This document shows, piece by piece, positions 1 to 13,869 of a DNA stretch of 64,000 nucleotides (the stretch's first letter is position 1; each line of letters begins with the position of its first letter). The notes under the pieces were generated by a model. The model did no database searches, was not told where the DNA came from, and was given only the letters and a program-made list of their open reading frames with translations. The translations under genes and the position numbers were made by a program. Origin of the DNA: Isurus oxyrinchus (taxonomy: Eukaryota). The stretch is from assembly GCA_026770705.1 (NCBI GenBank), contig JANJGN010000015.1, positions 130,324,001 through 130,388,000 on the forward strand. Reading direction: 5' to 3'.

Positions 1-3000
1 GGAAAGAAGGTGTTCACAGGTGGCGAGAAGGTTTAAGCTGCAGTTTCAGGCTCTGGGCACTGGGTGACTCCGTGATGCTGGATCTTAGTTTTGAAGTTGG
101 TGGGTAAATCAGTTAACGCGGGCGAGGGTCCACTTTCACGGGGAGGGTGCTTCTCCCGCCTCTAGTTCAGTGAAAGAGATTTGTTTTTCGGTGGCGGAAA
201 CAGAAGCGGGTTTGGGGGTTGGTGGGGGTGGAATTGGCACTGAGGATGCAGCCGGTTCCCCTTACAACCGGTTCCATCAGCAGCTATACACTGAATACAA
301 AGAATGTTGGCGTGTCAACTTGCAGCATCTGCTTATTCCGGTTAGTTCAACTTGAGCGGGAAGTTGGAGCGGAGAATGTTTAAACTGGGACGAACTTTGG
401 ATTTTACAGAATGGTTATGTTTTAAAATGTCTCCATTAATTTGGGGTAAAACAGAATGTTCTGGATGGAGGAGTGGCAATCATACCACACCCTCTGCCAG
501 AGACCAGGCCCCATATAATCTGGTTGTCATGGGGGAAAATAAAACCCCTAAGGGAAACCTGTTGAAAAGCAAATGACAGTCTTCACCCAGCAAAAAAAAA
601 AGTGACAGCTGCTTTCTGGAGACAGGGAGACGCACAGAGAGGGTGAACTGTTTTTGTGTCAACACTAAGCAGAATGCTTGTAAAAGCTCGTTTCCTGTTC
701 TAAAGGAAGGGAACAGACTGACCAGACTTTTGGAGATGTAAGGAACAAGGAGTCGCCAAGGTGGGCCTTGTTGATGAAAGTTGGTTCTGGAATGCTCAGA
801 TTGAGTGAAACAATTTTGGAAGGGCACTAGGAGATACGACCTGGTCTTGCAGGAGAAGCGAGCTTGCTACAACGCTGCTGGTAACATGGGACTTCAGCTT
901 GTATTACTACACATTGCCAGAAGGGTGGTGCACAGCACAAGCAGTTGTAAGAGATTCCTCGATTGTGTTAGTTAGTTAATGTGAAAATACCAATTCTTCA
1001 GTTTGGTGTATTACTTTCCTGTTAAGTAATGTTAGATTGTGTTGACTTTAGTTACTTTGTTACAGTAAAAGTCTTAAAGTGTGAAATTTGTCCTTCAGTA
1101 ATTTCCATCGGTCGCTGGGAGATTCACGTCTTTTTAAATCATCAGCCTCTGCGGGGATTGTAACAAAACTGAAATTTTGGAGGCTGCGAGGAAAGCGAAT
1201 TGAATCAGCAATGCAACTAACCAGCTTTAAGTGGCCTGAACGCCACCGCTTCCTCGAAGGCAATAAATGCTGGCCTAGCCGGTGACAATCCCATAAAATA
1301 ATATATAGAAACATTGATAATGTCAACTCAATGATTTTCCCATCACTTACAATATCATTCCTATGAATATATTTTATCCCATCTCTTAAATCCATTTCAT
1401 GTCCACCTTATCCGCGCAGCCACATATCTGAGATGTAATAATTTTGTGGAAATCTCTAGTTCCAAAAATGTATTTATTATTCCACTTGTATTTTCTTATC
1501 TTAAAAAAAAACACTTGCACTACATTAAGAACTTGCTCTTCCACATCTTGTCCTTGAGAACACTAGTTTATCCGCTGTGGCATTGCACATGGACCATCAA
1601 TGCTGAGCAGTATATTATAAATGTAACATAGTTACACCTACACACAGAATAATAATATAAATAGATACCTGCAGACAAGATACATAAATCAAAGGGTGCG
1701 ATTGATGGAGCAAGATGATCCAATAGGAAGAAAGAAGAAATATGAATTCTGTGCTGTAGATCTAGTGGAGAGGCTGGTCAAACTCACTTCATGTGTAATT
1801 TGCATGGCAGATTGCAAAGGAACTTTTAAATATCTAATTAATCTACTGATTCACACCAATCCCAGGGATTATTGTGAAATCCATTTTTTTGAAATGTGTT
1901 TATTTTACAATGATTCTAGAAGAATGGAATTAAATGTTAGAGAACATCAGTTATGATGAAAGGCTATGGACCTGAAATGTTAACTCTGTTTCTCTCTCCA
2001 CAGATGCTACGAGACCTGATGAGTATATGCAGCATTTTATGTTTTTATTTCAAATTTCTAGCATCTACAATATTTTGCTTTCATATTATAAACAATAGGA
2101 AAGTTATGTTAAGCCTGTAGAGAACCTTGGTTAGATCACAATTTGAGTACAATGCACAATTCTGCTTTCCACAACTTGAGTACAATGCACAGTCCTGGTT
2201 TACACATCACAAAAAAAAAAGAAATAGAGGCACTGAAAAAGCTGCAAAAATATTTGCAAGAACTGAGAGATTACAAATATCAGAAAAGACTGAACAGACT
2301 GGGAGGAGAAAGCTGAGGTATGATCTGATAGAGGTCTTTACCATTATGAAGCTGTTTAACAAAGAGATGTTTCCACGTGGATAGTTCACATCTAAAAGTT
2401 ATAAATATGATAGTCACTAATAAATCCAATTGGGAAGTCAGGAGAACATTTTTACACAGAGAGTGATGAGAAATTGGAATTCAGTGCCACAGGGTGTAGT
2501 TGAGCACAGATGCATTTAAGGGGAAGCTGGGTAAACATGAGGAAGACAGGATTAGAGAATAGGCTGATGGGGTTCGATGAAGAAGGACGACAGGAGGCTA
2601 GTGGAATACAAACACCTGCACAAACCATTTGGGCTGAATGGCCCACTTCAGTGCTGTGATTTTACGTAGTTATTAGAAATCAAGACTGATCTGTGTTCAC
2701 CTTTACCAAGATAGCTGCAGGAGTTTGAAAACCCAGGAATTGCTCTGCACCATCTGTTCATGTAGCCACCTAGTGGTTTAAGCATGATTCTTCAACACCA
2801 CAGGCTGTCACATTACAGTACTGGATTGGAAAGTTATATCAAACACAAGAGAGCTGGTGTGACCAAATACCAACACAAATATCACTGAAGATTTCAGGCC
2901 TGAGTACTATTGATAAAAGATGTTTGATCAAAAAGTTGATTGAAAAGATCTAGTGATTTTAATAATATTTGGATGATCTGTAGTTTAAATTAATTTCAAT

Positions 3001-4859
3001 TATTATTTAAGTTATGTAACTTATTTGCAGATTGTCCATTCTGTACAAGGGCCAAGTAATTTTAAAGCAAAGTCCCACCATCTACAAAGGCAAGTAGTCT
3101 TCTTGACAGTTGTAGTTGCCTAATTGTAAAGAGGGCATTGCTTTTGATTTTGGGTTTTAGGCACCAGGCATTAATGTCATGAATAATCTTGTTGTGCTTG
3201 TTCCTTTTGAGGGGGTGGTAGAGGCAAGAACGCTCAGAACATTTAAGAAGTATTTAGATGAGCACCTGAAATGCCATAACCTACAGGGCTTTGGGCCAAG
3301 TGCTGGAAAATGGGATTAGAATAGGTAAGGGCTTGATGGCCAGCATGGACACAATGGGCTGAAGGGCCTGTTTCTGTGCTGTATAACTCTATGACTTTTG
3401 TGGAGAACATATATCAGAATTGCCTCACTAAATTTTTGAAGATTATAAGGGAAATTCTCAAAGCTGATCCAAATAAATTGATTATTACATCAACAACAGC
3501 AAATACAGATAAACCCCAGTGAAAGTTTGAAACCAAAAGGAGGTCAGGCAGAACATAATATATATAAAAAATAGACAAAAGGAACCAATTGTCAAAAAAT
3601 AAGATAGAATACACAACCTTGTTAACAATGATTATATACATATTTTTATAGTTAGATATCAAGATTGTGTTTGCTGACTATTACAATAGGAGGGAAGCAT
3701 GATCAAGGCAGGTAAGAAGTTCTACTTTTCTGGGGTTTTTTTAATTTACTTTTTATTTTCATAATTTATTTATTTATTCTTTTTTATCCTTTTTCCACAG
3801 CACTGCTCCCCCAGCACCCCATCCCTCTAGGGCCACCTGTCGCTGGTTACTATGTTGTGCTTTCACAGAGCACTGACCCTTGTTTGGCTATTAACACATT
3901 CTGCAATCTTATCTTTATACTATTATCAGCACCTTCTTTAGTCTTTACCACTACCGTAAACATTCACTTTGTCTTGTGTCCCTGACATCTTTGTCTGTCT
4001 CTCCTTACACCCCCACCTACCGCTGACCTATCTTGCTCCAGCTGCTCCACCCCCTCTTAAACAGTATAAAATCCATCACATTTCTACTTCTCTTCAGCTC
4101 TGAAGAATATTCATACGGACTCGAAACGTTAACTCAGTTTCTTTCTCCACAGATGCTGCCAGACCTGCTGAGTTTTTCCAGCATTTTTTTTTGTTTTTAT
4201 TAAGGAGTTCTACAGTTTGGAGTTTTAGGGAAACTATTCTCAAAGCAACACAATCAACTACAATTCTCGTACAGTGATTATACAAAATCCAGGAGAAAGT
4301 GGATGTAGAATGGATATTTTTGACTTTAGAAGGACAACGTCAGTAAAAAAAAAATCTAATTTATTCTCTCTATATATGTATTAAATCATTATAGAACTTC
4401 ATATGTTGAAGTCCCCAAAAGCTTAATGCACGCTTTCAATGTTATTTTTCGATATTTGTCTTGCTTTTTATTCTGCATTTCAATATGAAAGCAGCAGAAA
4501 CTCGCAATTGGAAATAACAGGAAACGGAGCAAAGAAACTGAAATGTGCATCTCAGCTCTTTATGGGTTTTCAGTCCGCAGTCCTAGATCATCATCACCAG
4601 GTGCAGCTCTCGGTTGAGGTTGTGGTGTAACGTTTATTCTGAAGCAAGATTCCCGCCCCCAGAAATAAGGACGCAGCTTTTATACATCCTCTTTCTCAGT
4701 CACACAAAACTTAAAAAAAAACACGTTGGACCTGTTTTGCTACAAGGCTTAGTGTGTTTTGTGATTGTAAAACAGAAACCATGTAGGGATTTGTAATTTC
4801 TATGTCCGTGAGCATTAAACTTGTAAACTCAGTAAATCCCAATTAGCACATTCTTCTCC

Positions 4860-5240
4860 GAATCAGGTTTGCGTTCAAGACCCATTGTAGATAAAATCTC
4901 CACTTCCAGTACAGTACAAAGAGAGCGCTGCACTGTCGGAGCTGCTACCTTTGGTAGAGTCATTGAACCATGGCCCCATCTGCTCTCCAGGGTGTATGTA
5001 AAAATCCCATTCCCTGTTTCGAAGATGAACATGTGTATTCTTCCATAGCCTTTGGCCAATATTTATCCCTTTAGCCAAAATCACTAAAGGCCATTATCTG
5101 ATTATTAAAATCGCTGTTAGTGGGACTTTGCTGTGTGCAATTTGGCTGCCGCCTTATATTAAAACTGTGACTATACTTTAAAAATAATTAACAGGCTGAA
5201 AGCGCAACCTGAGGCCATGAAAGTTGCTGTAATAAATCAA
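4860..5240 (+). mobile_element. SINE-like repeat (related copies at about 28440-28750 and 43410-43770)
   Basis: B-box-like gttcaagacc and a shared core among the copies. Confidence 0.5.
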
Positions 5241-6828
5241 GTCCTTTCTTTCTTGCTCTTTTAATGTATAGCGTTACACAATTTCAACTTGGAAATAATA
5301 TTGACATGATCTTACAAACAATTATTAATCTAAGTGCCTCATTTTAAACAATTAAATTTCAAGCATTAGGTCTGATTGATCCATTAATATTATTTTTGCA
5401 CTTTCACTTTAAGATGCTTACATTCCATTTATCATCTATATATGTCAGTAAAATAAATCTTAACAATTAAAAGAAATTTCTATATCTATTGTACTCATTG
5501 TTATTGGAGAAACATCAATCAAAGAATCATTGTTAAAGGAAGGAGTTCATTTGTTTAACTATTTCCAATATGAAGTACTCCCTAAATTGACGGAGTATGA
5601 AACAATGATTGTCAATCTGTCACACAGGCCACATTGATAGATTCATTGCAGCTTTTCATCTCCATAGAACTGCCAAGTAGACAGAGCAGCTCCATGAAAA
5701 CCTCCAACAACTCAAAAGGAAACTCCTGCAAATCTGCACATTGCCCAGCTCTGAATGACAGGAGGTATGCGAGGTGGGAATGTTCAGTGACAAGGAGCAT
5801 TGTCATTCTCCCAACCAGAACTGCATTTTCCTAGCTTGGATGATTCCTGCCATCATCAAGGATGGACTCGGATGTTCAGCAACCTGACCATCTGTACTGA
5901 TTCTCTTGCAGTTGATGCTGCTTTAATGTTTATTTCAATGGGATATAATATGAATACAAACAGCTTAGAAAAAATGTAATGCAAACATAGTTTTTTGGTT
6001 ATAATTTTAGCCATCTGTTTTCTACCAATGTTTCCTGGCTTTTGTTGGGTTGTTACATGGATTTTAGCTACTTTCTGGAATCTCCCTAAAGTGACTTTTC
6101 ATTTGAGAGTCTGGATAATGAATGTACAAATCACAGCCCGTTCTGTCTTAACTAGATAAATACACACATTCCGGCAGCTGTAGCAAACAGAGCAACAATC
6201 AAATCCTCAGATCTCTGGGTCTGTCCAGTTCATTACCACAGCATGAGTTCATGTGCATGTTTTATTTTTGCTTAAGTAATACATGTACCACATTTTACAG
6301 GCCCAAACCTTATTACACATTATGACACAAAGAAACACATTGAGTCCTGACATTCAATTTAATGGCACATTGAAGGAACGGTTATATATAATACTGAAAG
6401 AAAATACAGTTAAACCCATTTCTGTTGTACAGAATAGAGCTTCAAATAAATTTGTGGACTGTCAAATACATAAAATAGAATATGATAAGTTTATTCAGGA
6501 AAATAGCAATCAATTCTTTCATTTCTATGATGGGAAATGTTCAGAAAGTTCCCTTTCTGGGTGTTATATTCCTGGTGGAAAATTGTCTCAAATTTAAAAT
6601 TCTCATCCTCTGTTCAGATCCCTCCATAATCTCAGTTCTCTCTATCTCTGCAAACTCCTCCAGCCCTACAACATTCCAAGAACTCTGTTCCTCCAACTGT
6701 GGCTCCTTACACATTCCCCACTCCCATTGGCCCATTAGTGGTGGACCGCCTTCAGCTGCCCAGGTCCAATGCTCTGGGCTTCCTTCCCTAAACCCTTTCA
6801 TCCCTTCACCTCCTTGGAAAGCCACCGC

Positions 6829-6864
<36 letters not shown>

Positions 6865-7071
6865 CCCCCCATCCCCACCCTCCTTAACAAGCTTCAACAA
6901 GCTTTTAGCTGCTAATATTTGACTGAATGTCAATGTTTTGTTTGGTCACACTCCTGTGAAGCCCCTTGGGATATTTTTGTACATTAAAAGTACTGCATCC
7001 ATGCAAGTTGATGCCTGAGAGTCTGGTAGATTCATCTGTGGCATTCAAAAGGAACTGGATCATTATCTGAA

Positions 7072-7212
7072 AAGGGGACTAAGTGGGGGAGTGGGACTAA
7101 GTGGGGGAGTGGGACTAAGTGGGGGAGTGTAACTAGGCGGGGGAGTGGGACTAGGTGGGGGAGTGGGACTAAGTGGGGGAGTGTAATTAGGCGGGGGAGT
7201 GGGACTAGGTGG
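7072..7212. repeat. 18-bp G-rich minisatellite (gtgggggagtgggactaa)n
   Basis: About 7-8 tandem units visible. Confidence 0.9.
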
Positions 7213-7699
7213 CTGCCCTTACAGACAGCCAGCATGGAGACAAAAATATGAATGGCCTTCTGTGCAGTAACTATTCAATGATTCTATGAAATAACACAGA
7301 ACACATATTCTGGAACTCTGTATATTTGTAACTGAAAAGCTTTGTTCTATGATCCAGAATACCCATCATTAGAATGTGAGCCTAAAGTTTTTCAATATTA
7401 AAGGATACCATGTGAATATTATATGTTTTAGAATGGATATTTCCAATTTGTATCACACTTAAGGAATATTTTCAGTATTTACAGCAATATGCTTTTATGA
7501 ATCTACCTATGGTGCACTATTTAGAACCTGAAGAATAATCTTTTATAGCAACAATATTTTGCAGAGATTTTCATACAATACTACCTTCAACATTAGTTTG
7601 ACCAATATCTACCAACAAACTAATATATTTAAAAAAATTATATCAATCTTTAAAAATGAGGAATTATTTTCAATACTTCTTAAAGACAGATCAGAAGTG

Positions 7700-7821
7700 A
7701 AATATTGTTAAAATGTATTAAAGTAGACTGAAGATCAAAACCTGAAATTTACAAATCAGATTTGCAAAGAAAGTTTTGAAAATTGAAATATTCAATGGTG
7801 ATGGTTCATCATGGGAAAACC
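7700..7821 (-). other. Probable constant gene exon 4 (3' UTR only); 3' end not determined, left coordinate arbitrary
   Basis: Strong acceptor tttactttctttttttcag about 490 bp downstream of the TM exon donor. TRAC/TRDC genes have a purely untranslated exon 4. No nearby poly(A) signal was confidently identified. Confidence 0.5.
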
Positions 7822-8315
7822 CTGAAAAAAAGAAAGTAAACAGTGATTGTAAATTAGCGCATCCTTATATAAAGAATTTCAAGCAGCTTGCAATATAATC
7901 AGAGGCCTTGTAAATATAATATATTTGTTTACTGGTTTGTTGAGAAATGTTTGTGTTAAATATTTTTAATGATATGATTTGAGAGTTTTATTGTTATTGT
8001 CCTCATCATCCCTCCAGCTATGTAAGATGATGGACATGCAGCCAATCAAATCCATTGGGGATGAGGTAGATTCATGTGGCGCACTTTTGGTGATGGCTGA
8101 ACAGACCAAAAACTACCCAACTTGGAACTTGAATCCAGAACCCTGGGATTAAGAGTCACAATGCTCTCCTTACTGAGCTTTCTGTCTAGTGAGTTGTATC
8201 CAATTGTTTATCACAGAGAAAAGATTTTATTTGTTGAATTAAGTTTCACAGTTCAACTCTCAACAATTATAAATGGTGCCTTATAGGTGAAAAGATGAAC
8301 ATTTTGAGGTTTACC

Positions 8316-8425
8316 TTAGTTCGAGACCCATATGGTAGAAGTCATCAACCCATTGAAAACCAAAGATTTAAAAAAGAGGATTCGCAAGAATAATATAATT
8401 ACTGGAAGTGAACTTGGTGGTTCAT
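8316..8425 (-). CDS. Constant gene exon 3: transmembrane/cytoplasmic exon of a TCR alpha/delta-type chain, (D)EPPSSLPVIILFLRILFFKSLVFNGLMTSTIWVSN*
   Basis: Found by manual translation (too short for the ORF track). Polypyrimidine acceptor tttgtttcctttctatcaaag, phase 1. Hydrophobic helix with Arg and Lys five residues apart plus FNxLMT, the TCR alpha/delta TM signature. TAA is followed by one base and a GT donor (8313-8314), as in TRAC/TRDC exon 3. Confidence 0.93.
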
Positions 8426-9589
8426 CTTTGATAGAAAGGAAACAAAATACGTTAATGCAAAATTCATATCATTAAAACCATCATTGTGAAAGTATATCTA
8501 GTTTATGTAAAACAGGAGTATTAAGGGTTAGTCACACCAGCGCCTTTGTTGGAACAACCAGTAGCGTACCAACTCTGGGTGGACATATTCCTGAAGGTTT
8601 CATCACATATCCTCCTGTCTCCCAACCCAGTAAATCAGATTCCTTCTCCACCTCCAATATTTTTATAACTACTGAATAAAATGTTCCAATGACATGAAAA
8701 ATACACATTTTTTTCTCACGGGTTTCTCGCAGAAGTGCCTAGGAGATTAATTTTTAATTCTTGGAGACTCCAGGACAATCCTGGAGGGGTGGCAACCCTA
8801 ATCTTTAGTGATAAATTCACACTGGTTGGGTTTCAGATAGTTACAACAACAATCGGTCAGGAAATTAAGCTTAAGAAGCTGCCAGGAAATTGACTCAATG
8901 TTAACAAAAAGTCCGCACTCTTCACTTACTTAAAAACCTCATCAGTATCCTGAGATGAGTGCTATGTTTTTGTATGTCTAACATGCACAAAACTGCACTT
9001 AGTTTGTTGTGCGACCGGCAATGTAACTTGACCCATTAATTTGCCCCAATCTGTAACAGCAGCGTTAAACTGCAGCTGTCAGTATAGAGCAGCTCACAGG
9101 CAATAGACTCGGAATACAATTGCCAACTCCAGGTGTCTATTTCAGTAACAGAACTATGAATATATCTGCAAAGTTCTGCTCAATGTTCTTCAAAGCCCAG
9201 TTGATGTTCAACATTAAAAAGTTTACTGGGCTCTCAGTTTGCTGCTACTCAAAAACTTAACCAAAACTAAAGTTTGAATGACAACACAGTTTATGACAAG
9301 CTGAAGATGAAGTCACTTGGTATTAATGCGCTTGTTGAGAGGTAAATATTGGCCAGGACACTGGATATAGCCAGTTTCAAATAAGAGCCATATTGGATGT
9401 GAAACGCTAACTCAGTTTCTCTCTCCACAGATGCTGCCAGGCGTGCTGAGTTTTTCCAGCATTTTCTGTTTTTATTGCAGTGGATGTATTTTCCTGCTCC
9501 ATTCCAGTTTGGACATATATGGGTTCCCCATGGTTACTGGTTAGAATTCTGAAACTCCTATACCTACCAGCACTGTGAAAGCAACTTTA

Positions 9590-9591
<2 letters not shown>

Positions 9592-9629
<38 letters not shown>
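9592..9629. repeat. (CA)n microsatellite
   Basis: Direct observation. Confidence 0.95.
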
Positions 9630-9631
<2 letters not shown>

Positions 9632-9779
9632 GAGCTGTTCAAGAAGATGACTCAAAGGCAATTAGGGAATACCTGCTGGTGTTGCCAGTGATACCTGTAT
9701 CCCCAGAATGATTAATAGAGCTAGAGAGTCATTTACAGCACAGAATGAGGCCATTAGGCCCATCAGGTCTATGCCAGCT

Positions 9780-12420
9780 CCCCATAGAGCAACCCAGACA
9801 GTCTCACTCCTTCCACTCGATCCCCTAGCCTTGCAAGTTTGTTTCCTTCAAGTGCCCATCCAATTTCCTTCCGAAATCATTGATTGTTTCCACATTCACC
9901 ACCCTTGTGGGCAGTGAGTTTGAGGTATTTCAACTCCCCTGCATCTCTTGCCTAAAATCTTAAATCTGTGTCCCTGAATCCTTGTACCATCAGCTAATGG
10001 GAAGAACTTGTCTACCTTATCCAAACCTGCTGTAATCTTGTACACCTCTATCAATTCTTCCTTCAAGCTCCTTTGCTCCAAGTAGACCTAATCTAGTAAC
10101 TAAACCACTCCCCTCACCCACCATTTCCTGGAACCATTTTGGTAAATCTCCTCTGCACTCTCACAAAGACCTTCACATCCTTCCTAAAGTCTGCTGATCA
10201 GAACTGAATGTAATTCTCTAGTTGGGGCCTAACCAGATCTTTATAAAGATATATCATAACTTCTCTGCTTTTGTACTCAATGTCTCTATTTATGAAGCCC
10301 AAGGTCCCATATGTTTTTCGAACCACTCTCAGTATGTCCTACCACATTCAAGGATTGATGCTAATGCATTTCTAGGACACTCTGATCCGACACACTCTTT
10401 AGAATGGTGCAATTAAGTCTATATTACCTCTCCCAAATGCTTCTGCCAAAATGCATCACCTCACACTTCTCTGTATTAAATTCCATCTGTCACTACCTGT
10501 CCATTCTGATAGTCCTGTTGCAAGCAATTCCTATCGTCCTCACTGGTTGCCACTCCTCTAAGTTTGGTATCATGGGCAAATTTTGAAATTTTACTGTATT
10601 CCAAGATCCAAATAGATAGGACAAGAAAAGGGCATTGGTTCTAGCACTGAGCCTTGGGGAACACAACTGCCTGCTACTAATAATAACAAGAAATTATGCA
10701 TATGTGTGATTTACATGTTCCCCCTTTATCCATGTTATTTGTTACTTCCTCAAAGAACTCCAATAAATTAGTTAAACATGATTTCTGTTTCACAAAATCA
10801 TGTTGACTCTGCCTGATTGCATTGAGATTTCCTTAGTGCTCTGTTATAACCTCCCCCTTAATAATATTTTCCAGAAATTTCCCTATGACAGATGCTAAAC
10901 TAACTGGCTTGTAGATTAATAGATTCCAGAAATTTCCCTATGACAGATGCTTAACTAACTGGCCTGTAGTTTTCTGCTTTTGGTTTCCCTCCTTTCTCAA
11001 ATAGAGGAATCACATTTGCTATTTTCCAGAATCAAGGGAATTTTGGAAAATTAAAACCAATGCATCAACCATCTCCATAGCCAATTCTTTTAAGCCCCTA
11101 TGATGAAGCCTTTAGTTCTAATAATTTTCTCAGTACACTTTTCCTGGTGATGGTAATTGATTTAAATTCATCTCTCCCTTCCATTTCTTGATTTACAAGT
11201 ATTTCTGGGATGTTATTTGTGTCCTCTCCTGTGAAGACAGACACGCAATATCTGGTCAACACTTCTGCCATTTCCTTGTTTCCCATTATTAGTTCCCCAG
11301 ACTCACTCTCTAGGACCCATGCTCACTTTAGTTACTCCTTTCATTTTTTAGTACTTGTAGAAACTTTTGTTATTTGTTTTTATATTTCTAGTTAGGTTTC
11401 TCTCATTCTCTAATTTCTCCCATTTATTAATTTTTTAGTCATTCTATGCTGGTTTTAAAATTCTGTCCAATATTCTGACCTATCACTAATCTTCACAGAA
11501 CTGTACACTTTTTCTTTCAATTTTATAATATTTTAACTTCCTTAGTTAGCCACAGGTGGTGCAATCCTCTCCTAGAGTCTTTCTTTCTTATTGGAATATA
11601 TCTTTGCTGAACATTATGAAATATCTCCTTAAATGTCTGCCACTATATTTCTACTGACCTAGCCCATAACCTATTTTCACAGTTTACCTTAGTCAGCTCT
11701 GTCTTCATACCCTTGTAAATACCTTTATTTAAGACACTGGTCTTAGACCCACTCTTCTCTTCCTCAAACTAAATGTGAAATTCAATCATGTTATTATCAC
11801 TGCTACCTAGAGGCTCCTTGACTATGAGGTCATTAATTAATCCTGTCTCATCGCAGGCTACCAGGTCTAGAATAACATGCTCCCTGGTTGTCTCTAGAAT
11901 GAACTGCTCTAAGAAATTGCCTTGAAAATACTCTGTGAACTCATTTTCCAGGCTACCTTTGCTGATCTGATTCACCTAATCTGTATGTAGATTAAAGTCA
12001 CTTATGATAATTGCAGTGCCTTTCTTAGAAGTCCCCATTATTTCTTCTTGCATACTGTGTCCTTCTGTGCCATTACTGCTAGGAAGCCTGTAAACACAAT
12101 GTCCACAATGGACTTCTTCCATTTATTATTTCATATCTCTACTCAAATTGATTCTACATTTTCATTTTTAGAACCAAGGTCATCTCTCACCATTGTACCT
12201 ATGTTACCCTTAATTAACAGAGCAACCCCGCCACCCTTTCCACGCCTCCTGTCCTTCTGAAATGTCAAGCATCTTTGAATATTCCAGTCCCAGCCTTGGT
12301 CACCTTGCAACCATGTCTCCCTAATGGCGATCAGGTCCTAATTATTTACTTCCATTTGAGCTGACAATTCATCTGTTTTGTTACATATGCTACCGGCATT
12401 CAGATACAGACCCTTTCGTT
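9780..12420 (-). mobile_element. Degraded CR1-type LINE fragments in the constant-gene intron
   Basis: RT/endonuclease remnants such as ILDLV...EPLGSSDNNMIEF and MAEVL...SVFTGED. Confidence 0.75.
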
Positions 12421-12591
12421 CTGTCTTCTTGCTATTTTTGCAAAATCATTTGTGTTGATATGAAATGTTTACTTTAATCACATGGTCACTAAGCAAACAC
12501 ATTCGATGTTTGACTGTTTGTAAATTGCCGCGAGGTGCGGATGAAAGATTTGAAATAGATTTCGTTGTTTGAAGTAGGAACCTGTACATAC

Positions 12592-12636
12592 CATCATCAG
12601 AATCCACGTGGAGACACTCCTGTTGCAGTTTTCTGG
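12592..12636 (-). CDS. Constant gene exon 2: connecting peptide with interchain Cys, (A)RKLQQECLHVDSDD
   Basis: 45-nt phase 1/1 exon bounded by ttctcacag and gtatgt. It has a single Cys and is in frame with exons 1 and 3. Confidence 0.88.
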
Positions 12637-13023
12637 CTGTGAGAATTTACAAAGATAGTGATAATTATCAAAGTGTAGTTCAGCGTACAGCTGTTATCTG
12701 AATTGATGACCGAGCTTTAAACTATATTTCTGACTCATTCCCGTTTTCAAAGTTGTGTCTCAGTTCTGGTCCGGTCTATCTGACCCTCCGAACTGACTGG
12801 TAGAGACAACAAGATGGACATGGATTTGGAAGCAGAGGATGTCTAGAATCCAAATGATATTAACTATATTTTGCCAGGCACATTAACATTATATTTTGCC
12901 AGGCACATTAACAATATATGAGTGTGTGCACAGGTTTAGAAGGCGGTGCTTTATATATTATCCGCATTTTTTTAACAGAGGGAGCTTTATTGAGGCGATA
13001 ATATTATATAATTTAAAACCAAC

Positions 13024-13344
13024 CTTGCTCTTTTGTCATGACTGATGTCGTTCTCTTGGACTTTTCCAGATCCGCTTGACAGGTAAATGAATTTCCATCG
13101 TCCCAGCTTTTTAACGAGGTCCTCATTTGACTGACCAAGCTGTAATAGCCCCCCTCTCCCACCGCCGCTCCAAACTGCAGGGAATTGCTCTCGCTGACAG
13201 AATGGCTGGATACATTCCACGTGACAATGAGCGAATCCGGGTAAAAAGATGTCAACAAACAGCCGAGGCTGACATTTCCCCCTCTCTCAATATCTGTTGC
13301 AGAGGGCGGTAGGATGAATGCACTGGGGGTAGTTATTGCATGAT
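13024..13344 (-). CDS. Constant gene exon 1: C1-set Ig domain, HAITTPSAFILPPS...SLGCLLTSFYPDSLIVTW...YYSLVSQM...WDDGNSFTCQADL...TKEQ
   Basis: Lies within ORF 13013..13525. 321-nt exon between ttccag and gttggt, phase 1/1. Shows PSxFxLPPS, the B-strand Cys, FYP, the C-strand Trp, YSxxS and the F-strand WxxxxxFTC. Confidence 0.95.
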
Positions 13345-13869
13345 CTGGAAACATTAAATCAACATCAGTGAGCAGAAAATAAAAGTTTTGAAAAGGACAT
13401 AAATGAAGATAAATGAGATAAATGTAAGGAAATAAATGGAAGCGTTCCAACAGAATGTTGCCGGCATTAATACCCATTGGGTGGGATAACCCCTCCAGAG
13501 AATGTTTTATAGAAATATTTCCCAAAACGCTGTACAGTCAATGTAGTTTTGTAACGAATTCTGATTAAATATTGCACTGGCATTCCCATGGAATTGTTTG
13601 CAAACTTTATAATCTGATACATGGAGATGTGCGTTATCTAACGTGGCAAGTTAAGGTTTTCACATCAGGGTCACGTTCCCGCTTTTTCCGCATTAACATG
13701 ATTCTTTTTTCATTCAGTCACTGCGTTCATGTGTTACGTTTCACTTAAGCACTGTACTGTCCTTTTTAATGTCGTTTACTGAGAAAATTATATGGAATTT
13801 ATTGAGGTTTATTCTGCTAAAGGCCATCACTAACCATTGAATAATTGAAGACTTGTGAAAGTCCACAAC

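Noticed and set aside
1-1300. GC-richer start of the window as a gene or promoter
   Set aside because: The short ORFs have no recognisable motifs, so no call can be supported.
6482-6933. Poly-Pro/poly-Gly ORFs
   Set aside because: Caused by a poly-C tract inside a degraded repeat.
13013-13525. Calling the C domain an Ig light- or heavy-chain constant region
   Set aside because: It splices to a Cys stalk and an Arg/Lys TCR alpha/delta-type TM. There is no terminal Cys-stop, no further C domain and no octamer promoter.
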